From: Phyllobates terribilis
Lineage: Eukaryota
DNA: 64,000 nt
Assembly (NCBI RefSeq): GCF_046119375.1
Contig: NW_027362769.1
Coordinates: 410,440,001 to 410,504,000 of the forward strand
Direction of reading: 5' to 3'
Shown here: in pieces, positions 44,901 to 58,387 of the stretch
How positions within the stretch are numbered: the stretch's first letter is position 1
How the letters are laid out: each line of letters opens with the position of its first letter
Program-made: the position numbers and the translations under genes
Notes under the pieces: model-generated
The model's input: only the letters and a program-made list of their open reading frames with translations
What the model was told of the DNA's origin: nothing
Database searches by the model: none

Positions 44901-47900
44901 GACAAAAACATCAAAGCTGACGCCCTGTCCCGATCCTTTCTGGTGTCTGATCTTGGGGAGGAGCCTAAACACATCATCGATCCCGCCAGAGTAATGCAGG
45001 TAGCCCCCGTGGGCCTAAATCGTATCCTTCCCGGTAAGACGTTCGTAACGGTGTCCGATCGGGAGAAGATTCTACACTGGGGTCACTCATCTAAGCTAGC
45101 TGGGCACGCCGGTCAGAAAAAGACCCTCCAGCTTATCACCCGGCACTACTGGTGGCCTACCCTGCACAAGGACGTAATAGACTTTGTTTCTGCCTGTGTG
45201 TCCTGCGCCCGCAACAAAGTTCCGAGACACCTGCCTGCTGGCCGCCTTCTCCCTCTGCCAGTACCTGCTGCCCCGTGGCAACATATAGCTATGGACTTCA
45301 TAACAGATCTCCCCGTCTCTGCCGGTTGTACGGTCATTTGGGTGGTCGCTGACCGCTTTTCCAAAATGGCTCATTTCATTCCCCTGCCAGGCCTCCCGTC
45401 TGCACCCGAGCTAGCTAAAGACTTTATCCGCCACATCTTCCGTCTCCATGGTCTGCCTCTCCACATCGTGTCGGATCGTGGGGTTCAGTTCACCTCACGC
45501 TTCTGGAGAGCCACATGTAAACTGCTCGACGTCACCCTGGACTTCTCCTCCGCTTACCACCCACAGTCCAATGGTCAAGTGGAGCGGATCAATCAGATCC
45601 TGACCAGTTACCTCCGGCACTTCGTTAATCCCCACCATTCAGACTGGGTGGATCTCCTACCATGGGCCGAGTTCTCTTACAACAATCACGAGAGTGAATC
45701 TTCCTCTAAATCCCCGTTTTTTGTAGTCTTCGGTCAGCATCCTCGGATCCCTTTTCCTGCCTCCACCTCTGTGGACAACCCGGCCGCGGAATCTCTCGTT
45801 AGCAAATTGGGAGAGTACCCGATCCGCACTCCTTCAGTCGTCCGAGCGGATGAAGAGACACGCCGACAAAAAAAGCCTGGATTCCCCACAATTTCGTCCC
45901 GGAGATAAAGTCTGCCTCTCATCCAAATATGTCCGGCTCAAGATTCCTTCCTATAAGTTAGGGCCTCGGTTCATCGGCCCACTGGAGGTTATCAAACAGA
46001 TCAACCCGGTGGCCTATAAATTGAAACTCCCGGCCAACTTACGGATCCCTAACTCCTTCCATGTATCTCTTCTCAAACCCGTGGTACTTAACTCCTTTTC
46101 CAAGTCTACAGGTACGCCCCCTGCTCCGGTTTCTGCTGAAGACGAGTTTGAGATAGAGAACATTCTGGCCACCAAAAGGGTAAGAGGAAAGACCTTTTTT
46201 CTAGTGGATTGGAAGGGGTTTGGTCCTGAGGAGAGAACATGGGAGCCCCGGGAGAACATCCATGCCTCTCTCATCCTTGCTAAATTTCTGTCTGGCCTAA
46301 AAAAGGGGGGGCCTAAAGGGGGGGGGTACTGTAGCGTCGGCGTCCCTGCCTCCTGCTAGGCAGGGACGCTGTTCCCCTCACCTCTCTGCTCCGTGCCCGG
46401 CGGCTTCCTCCCGCTCTGCTTGCAGCGCCCGCTCTCCCCCAGTCACTGTGCTTAGGGCGCGCGCGCTCCCCCTCTCTTAAAGGGGCCGCGCGCGCCGCCC
46501 TAAGGAGTCCCCGGCCAATGGCCTGAGGATCCCTCCATATATAAGGCACCTCCTCCAAAATGGAGGTGCCCGAGCAATGTTGTTGCACTGTTCACTACTC
46601 TGCTTCAGCCCTCAGGTCCCGTTTCCAGTTACCTGCCAGTTTCCTGCCAGTTTGCTGTCTGATTCCTGCCTGTTATCCGCTTACCTGCTTGCTAGCCTTA
46701 GGTCTGACGGTCTGCCTTCCGACACCAGTCAGTCTGTCTATGGACCAGCTTGCCCGCTCACCTGGGAGCGCTCATCTGCTACCTGCCTGTTAGCCTACCT
46801 GGAGGCTCCGTCGTCACGTGCTGTGACCACCTGCCAGTCCAGAGACTCTTGCCCGCTCACCTGGGAGCACTCATCTACTAGCCTACCTGGAGGCTCCGCC
46901 GTCACGTGCTGTGACCACCTGCCAGTCCAGAGACTCTTGCCCGCTCACCTGGGAGTGCTCATCTACTAGCCTACCTGGAGGCTCCGCCGTCACGTGCTGT
47001 GACCACCTGCCTGTCCAGAGACTCTCGCCTGCTCACCTGGGAGCACACATCTGCTACTCGCCTGCTAGCCTACCTGGAGGCTCCGCCGTCGCGTGCTGTG
47101 ACCACCTGCCTGTCCAGAGACTCTCGCCTGCTCACCTGGGAGCACACATCTGCTACTCGCCTGCTAGCCTATCTGGAGGCTCAGCCGTCACAGGTCGTAC
47201 CTGCCCTTTACCCAGAGACTGCCCCGGTCACTTGCCGTGACCACCTGCTCGTTACCCAGAGACTGTCCCGGTCACTTGCCGTGACCACCTGCCCATTTTC
47301 TAGAGACTGTCCCGGTCACTTGCTGTGACCTCCTGCCGGTTTACCCAGAGACTGTCCCAATCACTTGCCATGACCACCTGCCCGTTTACCCAGAGACTGC
47401 CCCGGTCACTTGCTGTGACTACCTGCCCATCTTCCCTGGGCGCCACCCGCTTCCTTACAAGGACCGCCCCCTTGTATAGTTGCTCAGAGGTTCCGCCTCC
47501 CAGACCCGTTACATATGCATACACAACCACAGGCTTTTCCTTCACAAGGACACAATAGTACACGGCATTCTTTATCCTGCATGGAGATGGAGGGGGAGGT
47601 TTGATGAGGGAGATGATCCCTGTGACATAATTCCTTCCAGTCCTTATCTTGCCACCCGATAATACTCTGCAGGAGTTTATCTGACCTGTGTTTAGTTTCT
47701 TTCCTGATCTGAACCCTGTTCAGTTGCATTCTGTCAGATCCAGATCACACACCGCCTTTCTCTTCAGCTTCAACCAGACTGTAAACAACTTCCCCCACAA
47801 TCCCACTGGGGCTCTGCTAAACAGTTCCTGTCTCCCGTGACTGTGTTAACCTCTCTAGTTGCTGGATGCTTCTGGAGCGCAACACTTCCTGTCTCCTGTG

Positions 47901-47936
47901 CTTGTGTTATTTGTAACAATTGCTGGATGCTTTTGA

Positions 47937-50410
47937 AGCAACAGCACTACTTCTGCATGTCACACTCTACAACAACACTACTTCTGCATGTCACACTCTG
48001 CAACAGCACTACTTCTGCATGTCACACTCTGCAACAGCACTACTTCTGCATGTCACACTCTGCAACAGCACTACTTCTGCATGTCACACTCTGCAACAGC
48101 ACTACTTCTGCATGTCACACTCTGCAACAGCACTACTTCTGCATGTCACACTCTGCAACAGCACTACTTCTGCATGTCACACTCTGCAACAGCACTACTT
48201 CTGCATGTCACACTCTGCAACAGCACTACTTCTGCATATCACACTCTGCAACAGCACTACTTCTGCATGTCACACTCTGCAACAGCACTACTTCTGCATG
48301 TCACACTCTACAACAGCACTACTTCTGCATGTCACACTCTGCAACAGCACTACTTCTGCATGTCACACTCTACAACAGCACTACTTCTGCATGTCACACT
48401 CTACAACAGCACTACTTCTGCATGTCACACTCTGCAACAGCACTACTTCTGCATGTCACACTCTGCAACAGCACTACTTCTGCATGTCACACTCTACAAT
48501 AGCACTACTTCTGCATGTCACACTCTACAACAGCACTACTTCTGCATGTCACACTCTGCAACAGCACTACGTCTGCATGTCACACTCTGCAACAGCACTA
48601 CTTCTGCATATCACACTCTGCAACAGCACTACTTCTGCATGTCACACTCTGCAACAGCACTACTTCTGCATGTCACACTCTACAACAGCACTACTTCTGC
48701 ATGTCACACTCTACAACAGCACTACTTCTGCATGTCACACTCTGCAACAGCACTACTTCTGCATGTCACACTCTACAACAGCACTACTTCTGCATGTCAC
48801 ACTCTACAACAGCACTACTTCTGCATGTCACACTCTACAACAGCACTACTTCTGCATGTCACACTCTGCAACAGCACTACTTCTGCATGTCACACTCTAC
48901 AATAGCACTACTTCTGCATGTCACACTCTGCAACAGCACTACTTCTGCATGTCACACTCTGCAACAGCACTACTTCTGCATGTCACACTCTGCAACAGCA
49001 CTACTTCTGCATGTCACACTCTGCAACAGCACTACTTCTGCATGTCACACTCTGCAACAGCACTACTTCTGCATGTCACACTCTGCAACAGCACTACTTC
49101 TGCATGTCACACTCTGCAACAGCACTACTTCTGCATATCACACTCTGCAACAGCACTACTTCTGCATGTCACACTCTGCAACAGCACTACTTCTGCATGT
49201 CACACTCTACAACAGCACTACTTCTGCATGTCACACTCTGCAACAGCACTACTTCTGCATGTCACACTCTACAACAGCACTACTTCTGCATGTCACACTC
49301 TACAACAGCACTACTTCTGCATGTCACACTCTGCAACAGCACTACTTCTGCATGTCACACTCTGCAACAGCACTACTTCTGCATGTCACACTCTACAATA
49401 GCACTACTTCTGCATGTCACACTCTACAACAGCACTACTTCTGCATGTCACACTCTGCAACAGCACTACGTCTGCATGTCACACTCTGCAACAGCACTAC
49501 TTCTGCATATCACACTCTGCAACAGCACTACTTCTGCATGTCACACTCTGCAACAGCACTACTTCTGCATGTCACACTCTACAACAGCACTACTTCTGCA
49601 TGTCACACTCTACAACAGCACTACTTCTGCATGTCACACTCTGCAACAGCACTACTTCTGCATGTCACACTCTGCAACAGCACTACTTCTGCATGTCACA
49701 CTCTACAACAGCACTACTTCTGCATGTCACACTCTACAACAGCACTACTTCTGCATGTCACACTCTACAACAGCACTACTTCTGCATGTCACACTCTGCA
49801 ACAGCACTACTTCTGCATGTCACACTCTACAATAGCACTACTTCTGCATGTCACACTCTACAACAGCACTACTTCTGCATGTCACACTCTGCAACAGCAC
49901 TACGTCTGCATGTCACACTCTGCAACAGCACTACTTCTGCATATCACACTCTGCAACAGCACTACTTCTGCATGTCACACTCTGCAACAGCACTACTTCT
50001 GCATGTCACACTCTACAACAGCACTACTTCTGCATGTCACACTCTGCAACAGCACTACTTCTGCATGTCACACTCTGCAACAGCACTACTTCTGCATGTC
50101 ACACTCTACAACAGCACTACTTCTGCATGTCACACTCTACAACAGCACTACTTCTGCATGTCACACTCTGCAACAGCACTACTTCTGCATGTCACACTCT
50201 ACAACAGCACTACTTCTGCATGTCACACTCTACAACAGCACTACTTCTGCATGTCACACTCTACAACAGCACTACTTCTGCATGTCACACTATACAACAG
50301 CACTACTTCTGCATGTCACACTCTGCAAGAGCACTACTTCTGCATGTCACACTCTGCAACAGCACTACTTCTGCATGTCACACTCTACAACAGCACTACT
50401 TCTGTATGTC
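47937..50410. repeat. 31-bp satellite, ~80 copies, with higher-order structure
   Basis: Unit CAGCACTACTTCTGCATGTCACACTCT(G/A)CAA; rare variants recur at 899-bp and 434-bp spacing. Confidence 0.97.
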
Positions 50411-50639
50411 ACATTGACCATTGCATATCTTGAACATGCCAGCATGGGAGACTAGATTACATTTTTACATTACATTTCCCAGGCTGGGAGGACTCTATAA
50501 ATAAGGTGATGACAAATGGTGAGGGCTCAGAGCATGATAGAGTGACTTGAATCCAAAAAGGAGGTAGTCCTGACTTACAGCCACCTAGAGAGGTGAAGGG
50601 AACTCTAGGAGAGGTTCTTCCTCTTATTCCAGGGGTTAA

Positions 50640-50950
50640 GATGATATTGAAACACTTAACAGGTTAATTTATAGGGGGATAATTGGTGAAAAATGCAAGG
50701 GAAATAATAAGGAACAGTAAAACAAATGTCATCACATAAATCCAGAAGATATGTTATTCTTTTAAAGGTATAGAATGTGCTTTGCATCAGGCCAGGATGT
50801 TAAGGATGACGCTTTCCCTTTAAGTGAAAGCAGACACAATCCTAACTAATCACACTTAACCCACAAATGGCTGCAGCAATGCAAATAATACAGTCCAAAG
50901 TTGAAGTCCAGTTGCTGCGGATGTTGGTGAACTTACAGGAACCGTTGGTG
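50640..50950. repeat. Interspersed repeat of unknown class; diverged second copy at ~53860-54170
   Basis: Colinear similarity such as TTCCCTTTAAGTGAAAG...CTAACTAATCACACTTAACC in both copies. Confidence 0.7.
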
Positions 50951-51905
50951 CACTTAATAACCCAATAAGAAAATCCTTCTCGCTGATGGTCCTATTATAA
51001 ACTCCTGCTGCGTGGAACCAGAAGTCCCAGCAATATTCCCTTAACAGGTAGTTCAATCATAACTTCCTCAACAGTGCGACCACAAGTCCGAGCAGTAGCT
51101 ACTCTTTGATGTAGCAGGTCTCGGGTCACACAGGGATCCAGCTTGGGGCTGCAAGGTCCAGGTGATTAGGGACACAGATGGTCCTCTGAGGTAAGCCTGG
51201 CAGGGGTGGACATCTCCTGGTAACCTGGCTGGTCTGCAGGTGCGGTTATGCTCCAGGGCTCACTGTCCTCCCCCAACACTGGACTGTTGGGCTGTCAGCT
51301 CTTACCATGTGTTTCTCTCCTGGCTCCTCAATGTCCCCACTCAATGAGTGACAGTTCACTTGCTCCCTAGTGCCACTAGCTCCTCCCTTCTCCATCTTGC
51401 TCAGCCAATCAGTCCTTTCTTCTGCTCTACTCCTCCTCTTCCAGGTTACAAAGAAGAACAAATGTTTCTGGTAGTTGTAGTCCGACGCAATAAAGGGATT
51501 AATGTCTGTTATTGTGTGTCATAGATGAAAATTAAAATCCATAAGACATCTCCAGAAGCAGAAGAGCTGACACTCTAACCCCTTTGACGTTGATCTCACA
51601 TTGAACATATGGAGAAGAGGGATTAATTATATCTAGGAACAGAGAAACCAATTAACACAAGAGAAACAGGGAAAGAACTGACACTAACATTTATTTGATG
51701 CCGAGCACCCCAACAGTGGCCAGGAAATAAAAATAGGAAAAGGTCTTCTATGGGAAACAGATACCAAAATGAGAGGTAACTTTTGTTCTCATCAAAGCAT
51801 CTTTCATAGACACGCCATCTCTGACGGTCAGATATGAATATTGGGGTTTGTGTCGATCTGATACTTATGGGACATAGGTTTTCGTCAAGGTAGCTAAGGG
51901 ATGGA

Positions 51906-53850
51906 TGTGACACTTTCACTCACATCCTTGTAGGGCCACTACAATCCCTCCAATTGAATAACGTTCTGATAGATGATGCTAGACATGTCATATTTGGTCT
52001 CTATGTAACTTTAAAATCATGATAAAAAATATGACGGCAATGTCTAATGATTGGGACTTTCAGAGGCAAAGATATCTTGTAAGTTATGGATCTCATAAAG
52101 TCCTGATGGGCAGAGAACATCCCACAAACAGACTTGATGAGATCATTAAGGGGAGGTGTTGTAGGCATAACTTAGGAGCTAATAAAGTGGAGAAATGGGG
52201 CTTGGATCAATTCTTAGTACTTGGTGGCATGGTTCGCTGTAGGTTCTGCCCGTTTTCCAATCGGAGTGCCTCACTCCGCTAAGCTCTGAACCATTTCCGT
52301 GACCAGGGTTAGTAAGTTTCTTTCGTTATTGCTTTTATTCTATGTAATTGTTTATACAGTATTGTTTGGTTCCCATTTTGTATCGTCTTGTATATATTTT
52401 TATAAACACTGCCTATCTTTCTGCATTAAATAGAAAATGTAATATCTCTGTAAACTACACCCCTGAAGCCATGCGCTACCTGTAATGGGTGTCCAATTGG
52501 CGTGTATAAATGATTGGTGGTGGCAGCGAGTAGGTTCTTTTCATTATTGCTCGGCTGACAGTGACCGTATGGGGGTATATACATGTATTCCATGCATTGT
52601 AATTGGAGGGTTTATATACCATACACTCACAGTGAGTTCCTCAATAACCAGCCTAGTAGTGGAAATAGCCACCATCTCACCCATCACTCTTCAGCCAATT
52701 ACGTAATTGTCCTGATGGCTGGAGGCAGTGAAGTTGTGTTCTCCTGACAAAAAGTTAACAACAGTTGGATCTGCATGACCTTCCCCTTGGCTGTGTGTCA
52801 TAAAAATATTAAGAAAATATAAATTTACACCTGGGGGAGGAGGCTGCAGCTCGTTAAGCTTCAAACACTACTCACAATAGCCATGACATTTCCAGCTGCA
52901 AACTCCATGCTTTTCGGCACCGACATAAAATATGGAATATCGAAGGTTCCATAATTCCGATAATAATGGGACACGTATTTTTAGCAGCGCGGTCAGCTAA
53001 GGAACAATACGCTTATTTTTCCGTAGCTGTATGCCCCTCCGATGAGCGGTAATGCAAAAGTACAAAATAACAGAACGCAGCTATGTCATGTGTGGTCTCT
53101 AAATATAGGTAAATTCATAATGGAAAATATGGCATCACTTGCAAGCTTCTGCGATCAACCAGCGATAAGTTATCGCGGAAGTTAGATATTTTAATGAAAA
53201 TATGAAGGCTGGAGCTCAGCACACGTGATGTCATCACAGGGGTGTGTTGGCAGGTCTCCCTCTTCGGCATAAAAAATACAGCTTAAGGGGGTGTCGGTAT
53301 TCATTGCTGGGGGATATAGATTCTCTAAGCAAGGGATCCCGTTCGATAACGGTCAAATCAATTGGAGCGCCTCCCCTCCAGCTAAATGGAATTGTCTCTG
53401 CGATCTTTTTAGTAAGTTCTTCTTTAATCCCATTTTATTTGTGTAACTGTATACTCTGTGTTGTATGGTCCACCTTTGTAAAATCTGTTATGGGTCCAGG
53501 TGGTGGAACCTCTGTGCCGCGGTGCAAGGAGGGACCCAGAGGGGCGTAACTAAGTATCAACTCAGACCGACCCTGGTCGTACGGCCGCTAACGACTCCGT
53601 GACCAGGGAGGGACCGAGCAGAGGGACCAGGTGCTACTCTGGGGACGACCTTGTAAGAGAGCAGGTGGCTCCCATGGGTGGCTCCCACTTTGTGGAAACT
53701 TGTGCTTCAGTAAAAGTATCTATAATAACGGTACCTGTCTTGATTGATCTCAGTAGTGCCTCCAATTTAACACCCCTTTAAGCCGCCTCCATGGGCAGGG
53801 TGTCTAGTGTCTCCACCTGAATTTTACTGGGGGCTCCGTTCCGTACACAA
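51906..53850. mobile_element. Two probable degenerate LTR-like sequences (~51906-52631 and ~52796-53850)
   Basis: TGTGA...TCACA ends and motifs resembling the Gmr1-like LTRs (TAAACACTG, TGGTGGCAG, GGGGTATATA); no TSD found. Confidence 0.35.
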
Positions 53851-54688
53851 TCACAAGAGATGAGATTGAAACATTTAACAGGATTATTTATAGGGGGATA
53901 AATGGTGAAAAATACAGGTGGGGGGGCATAAAAAAGAACAGCAAAATAAATATTACATAAACCCAGAAAATATGTTATTCTCTTAAAGGTACAGAATGTC
54001 CTTTGCAGCAGGCCTGGATGTTAAGGGTGACACTTTCCCTTTAAGTGAAAGAAAACACAATTCTAACTAATCACACTTAACCAAGAAATGGCTGCGGCAA
54101 TGCGACTAATACAGTCCAACGTTGGGGCCTGGTTGCCGCTGATTTTGGCACACTTACAGGAACCATTGACGTACCATGACGATGTGTCACGTGCCAGCTG
54201 CAGACAGTGATTGGCCAGTGAACAGATTAAGCAGGGATTGTCCAGGAGTGGACAAACCCTTTAAATATAAACAGCAAAATACCTAGTAACCTGCCAAATT
54301 TAATCAACAGGTTATTTTGTTTGAAGCATAAACTAGAAAATAAAAAAGTGCCTCTTTTCTACATTTGCTACATTTAAAAATGATAGAAATTACATAGTAA
54401 TTTTTTTTGCTATTTTGTATTTTGCTATTTTGCTTCCTCCCCGCCCAGGAGATGTGGTATGATCAGACCATGTTCCGTACACGGTCAGACACAGCCATTA
54501 CACAGGGGAACATGTATAAGATTATCTCAGCACAGGAACATTTTATTTAAATACATCCAATTGTGGAACTTATTATTATTCCAATATCTATTGATTAAAA
54601 TTTACTTGCATTCATGGGAAAACCCCTTTAATCCAGGGGATATTTTGAAGTTCTTAGGTGCGACATGCCTTGGTGTGAGAGAAATGAG

Positions 54689-57120
54689 GAGCGCCGAGCA
54701 GACGGCCCGAGGGCAGAGAGGAGCGCCGAGCAGACGGCCATAAGGCAGAGAGGAGCACTGAGGAGACGGCCCGAGGACAGAGAGGAGCGCCGAGCAGACG
54801 GCCCGAGGGCAGAGAGGAGTGTCGAGCAGACGGCCCGAGGGCAGAGAGGAGCGCCGCGCAGACGGCCCGAGGGCAGAGAGGAGCACTGAGCAGACGGCCC
54901 GAGGGCAGAGGGGGGCGCCAAGCAGACGGCCCGAGAGCAGAGAGGAGCACTGAGGAGACGGCCCGAGGACAGAGAGGGGCGCCAAGCAGACGGCCCGAAG
55001 GCAAAGAGGAGTGCCAAGCAGACGGCCCGAGGGCAGAGAGGAGCGCCGAGCAGACGGCCCGAGGGCAGAGAGGAGCACTGAGCAGACGGCCCGAGGGCAG
55101 AGAGGGGCGCCAAGCAGACAGCCCGAAGGCAGAGAGGAGCGCCAAGCAGATGGCCCGAGGGCAGAGAGGAGCTCCGAGCAGACGGCCCGAGGGCAGAGAG
55201 GAGCTCCAAGCAGACGGCCCGAGGACAGAGAGGGGCGCCGAGCAGACGGCCCGAGGGCAAAGAGGAGTGCCAAGCAGACGGCCCGAGGGCAGAGAGGAAC
55301 ATCAAGCAGACGGCCCGAGGGTAGAGAGGAGCGCCGAGCAGACGGCCCGAGGGCAGAGAGGAGCACTGAGGAGACGGCCCGAGGACAGAGAGGGGCGCCA
55401 AGCAGACGGCCCGAGGGCAAAGAGGAGTGCCAAGCAGACGGCCCGAGGGCAGAGAGGAGCGCCGAGCAGACGGCCCGAGGGCAGAGAGGAGCACTGAGCA
55501 GACGGCCCGAGGGCAGAGAGGGGCGCCAACAGACAGCCCGAAGGCAGAGAGGAGCGCCGAGCAGATGGCCCGATGGCAGAGAGGAGCTCCGAGCAGACGG
55601 CCTGAGGGCAGAGAGGAGCTCCGAGCAGACGGCCCGAGGACAGAGAGGGGCGCCGAGCAGACGGCCCGAGGGTAAAGAGAAGTGCCAAGCAGACGGCCCG
55701 AGGGCAGAGAGGAACATCGAGCAGACGGCCCGAGGGTAGAGAGGAGCGCCGAGCAGACGGCCCGAGGTCAGAGAGGAGCACTGAGGAGACGGCCTGAGGG
55801 CAGAGATGAGCGCCAAGCAGATGGCCCGAGGTCAGAGAGGAGCACTGAGGAGACGGCCCGAGGACAGAGGGGGGCGCCAAGCAGACGGCCCGAGGGCAGA
55901 GAGGAGCACTGAGGAGACGGCCTGAGGACAGAGAGGGGCGCCAAGCAGACGGCCCGAAGGCAAAGAGGAGTGCCAAGCAGACGGCCCGAGGGCAGAGAGG
56001 AGCGCCGAGCAGACGGCCCGAGGGCAGAGAGGAGCACGGAGCAGACGGCCCGAGGGCAGAGAGGGGCGCCAAGCAGACAGCCCGAAGGCAGAGAGGAGCG
56101 CCGAGCAGATGGCCCGAGGGCAGAGAGGAGCTACGAGCAGATGGCCCGACGGCAGAGAGGAGCTCCGAGCAGATGGCCCGAGGGCAGAGAGGAGCTCCGA
56201 GCAGACGGCCCGAGGACAGAGAGGGGCGCCGAGCAGACGGCCCGAGGGCAGAGAGGGGCTCCGAGCTGACAGCCTGAGGCCAGAGACGAGCTCCGAGCTG
56301 ACGGCCCGAGGGCAGAGAGGAGCTCTGAGCAGACGGTCTGAGGGCAGAGAGGGGCTCCTAGCAGACGGCCCGAGGACAGAGAGGAGCTCCGAGCAGACGG
56401 CCCGAGGGCAGAGAGGAGCGCCGAGCAGATCGCCCGAGGGCAGAGAGGGGCTCCGAGCTGACAGCCTGAGGCCAGAGACGAGCTCCGAGCTGACGGCCCG
56501 AGGGCAGAGAGGAGCTCTGAGCAGACGGCCTGAGGGCAGAGAGGGGCTCCTAGCAGACGGCCCGAGGACAGAGAGGAGCTCCGAGCAGACGGCCCGAGGG
56601 CAGAGAGGCGCGCCGAGCAGACGGCCCGAGGAGAGCTGATCAGATGGCCCGAGGGCAGAGAGGAGCATGGAGCAGATGGCCTGAGGGCTGAGAGGAGAAC
56701 TGAGCAGACGGCCCGAGTGCAGAGAGGAGCGCTGAGCAGAAGGCCTGAGGAGAGCTGAGCAGACGGCCTGAGGAGAGCTGAGCAGATGGCCTGAGGAGAG
56801 CTGAGCAGAAATCCTGAGTGCAGAGAGGAGCGCCGAGCAGAAGGCCCGAGGAGAGCTGAGCAGATGGCCTGAGGAGAGCTGAGCAGATGGCCTGAGGAGA
56901 GCTGAGAAGATGGCCTGAGGAGAGCTGAGCAGAAATCCCGAGTGCAGAGAGGAGCGCCGAGCAGAAGGCCCGAGGAGAGCTGAGCAGAAGGCCTGAGGAG
57001 AGCTGAGCAGATGGCCTGAGGAGAGCTGAGCAGATGGCCTGAGGAGAGCTGAGCAGAAATCCCGAGGGCAGAGAGGAGCGCTGAGCAGACGTCCTTAGGA
57101 GCACCGAGCAGATGGCCTGA
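54689..57120. repeat. GA-rich 32-bp satellite grading into a 23-bp derivative
   Basis: Unit GAGCGCCGAGCAGACGGCCCGAGGGCAGAGAG to ~56630, then GAGGAGAGCTGAGCAGATGGCCT mixed with 32-mers. Confidence 0.95.
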
Positions 57121-57637
57121 GCATGGATTTGGAAGAAAAAGAACTTAGCTGCTCTGCATCTAATGATGGATCCGTCCCCTGCTGCTTTCAGTTGCTCTGC
57201 TCCTATAATGGACCTGGCCAACGGGAGGGTATAGCAGTATTGTGAACACAAACTTAAAGTGGTTGTCCATCACGTTCTAACATTTTCTTCATGTTGCCAG
57301 GGAAAAATGAAATGGTATGGCTTGGGGGCTTGGTCGGAGGGTGGTTTGTCCCTCTTTGAGTCCCTCAGAGGTTGAGAGGTATGGGCCATGAAGATATGGG
57401 AATGACCCCAACCACAGAATATCATGCATTAAACGTCGCTGTCAGAGACTGACTGCTGTATTTAATTAAGAGGATAACAGCAGCGATCTGAGGTCATCTC
57501 TTATCACTGCTGCTAAATGCAGATGCCCGCTGTATACTCCTGGCCCGCTCTGTATACTTGCACCCAGTGTATTACCTGCATATGCCATCATGTCTCTTGA
57601 CCATTGATGTCCTCCTCCCGATGGTATTTACTTGTTA

Positions 57638-57880
57638 CTAGTGATGAGCGAGCATGCTCGCTATTGCTCGTTGCTCGGCCACTATTTCCGGGGTTGCTCG
57701 GCGGGAACTCGGGTCCCCTCCCTGCATGTTTGGCGCTCTTTAGAGAGCAAATAAACATGCAGGGATTGCCTGACACGCACTGTAATCCCGTAGCCATGTT
57801 GGTTGTGGGCATTACAGTGATTGGCTGGCCGCACAGCATCATCAGATCTATATAATAGCTGGTAATCCTATGCTCGTCAC
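57638..57880. mobile_element. Fragment of hAT-type MITE
   Basis: Begins TAGTGATGAGCG, the same terminal type as the element at 6654. Confidence 0.45.
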
Positions 57881-58101
57881 AGTCTTGTGCAAGTTCTGCC
57901 ACTTAAGATGAGAGAGGCCTGTAATTGACATCATAGGTCGACCTCAACTATGAGAGACAAAATGAGAAAACAAATCCTGAAAATCACATTGTCTGATTTG
58001 GAAAGAAATTTTTATCAAATTTTGGTGGAAAATAAGTATTTGGTCAATTACAAACAAGCGAGATTTCTGTCTCTCACAGACCTGTAACTTCTTCTTTAAG
58101 A

Positions 58102-58387
58102 GGCTCCTCTGTCCTCCACTCATTACCTGTAGTACTGGCTCCTCTGTCCTCCACTCATTACCTGTAGTACTGGCTCCTCTGTCCTCCACTCATTACCTGT
58201 AGTACTGGCTCCTCTGTCCTCCACTCATTACCTGTAGTACTGGCTCCTCTGTCCTCCACTCATTACCTGTAGTACTGGCTCCTCTGTCCTCCACTCATTA
58301 CCTGTAGTACTGGCTCCTCTGTCCTCCACTCATTACCTGTAGTACTAGCTCCTCTGTCCTCCACTCATTACCTGTAGTACTGGCTCC
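58102..58387. repeat. 35-bp tandem repeat, 8 copies, upstream of the Tc1 ORF
   Basis: Unit GGCTCCTCTGTCCTCCACTCATTACCTGTAGTACT. Confidence 0.95.

Larger units (their letters stand above)
35154..46359 (+). pseudogene. Sushi-type pol (PR LDSG, RT YLDD, RNase H, IN, chromodomain), split by nested insertion and two frameshifts
   Basis: PR 35223-35529 resumes at 43446 (WLQKH|APVLDWQTG); frameshifts near 44510 and ~45800; C-terminus EFEIENILATKRVRGKTFFLVDWKGFGPEERTWEP is a chromodomain. Confidence 0.92.
32909..47513 (+). mobile_element. Sushi-like chromoviral Ty3/Gypsy LTR retrotransposon (decayed; hosts a nested element)
   Basis: LTRs 32909-34208 and 46330-47513; 5-bp TSD TATGC; gag, PR, RT, RH, IN and chromodomain; PPT before 46330; no tRNA PBS. 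Confidence 0.96.

Noticed and set aside
47700-47930. ETS-like CAGGAA(G/C) motifs and ORF 47484..47729 as promoter/first exon of the host gene
   Set aside because: Short motifs are expected by chance, the donor phase does not fit, and it is 18 kb from the nearest supported exon.
47937-50410. CRISPR-like regular array (also 25794-26612, 27500-28224, 58102-58387)
   Set aside because: Head-to-tail repeats without unique spacers, no cas genes, eukaryotic context.
47837-50455. Long + strand ORFs of 189-646 aa (HTLQQHYFCMSH repeats)
   Set aside because: Automatic result of a 31-bp unit with no stop in any + frame; no unique coding sequence or splice context.
50856-51056. Minus-strand peptide ending SAATGLQLWTVLFALLQPFVG, resembling a GPI-anchor signal, with a paralogue at ~54075-54170
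   Set aside because: No convincing acceptor or upstream exons; the second copy has disruptive substitutions; better explained as an interspersed repeat.
54602-57251. ORFs on both strands (ALGPSARR / RRPEGREE repeats)
   Set aside because: Translations of the 32-bp and 23-bp satellite.
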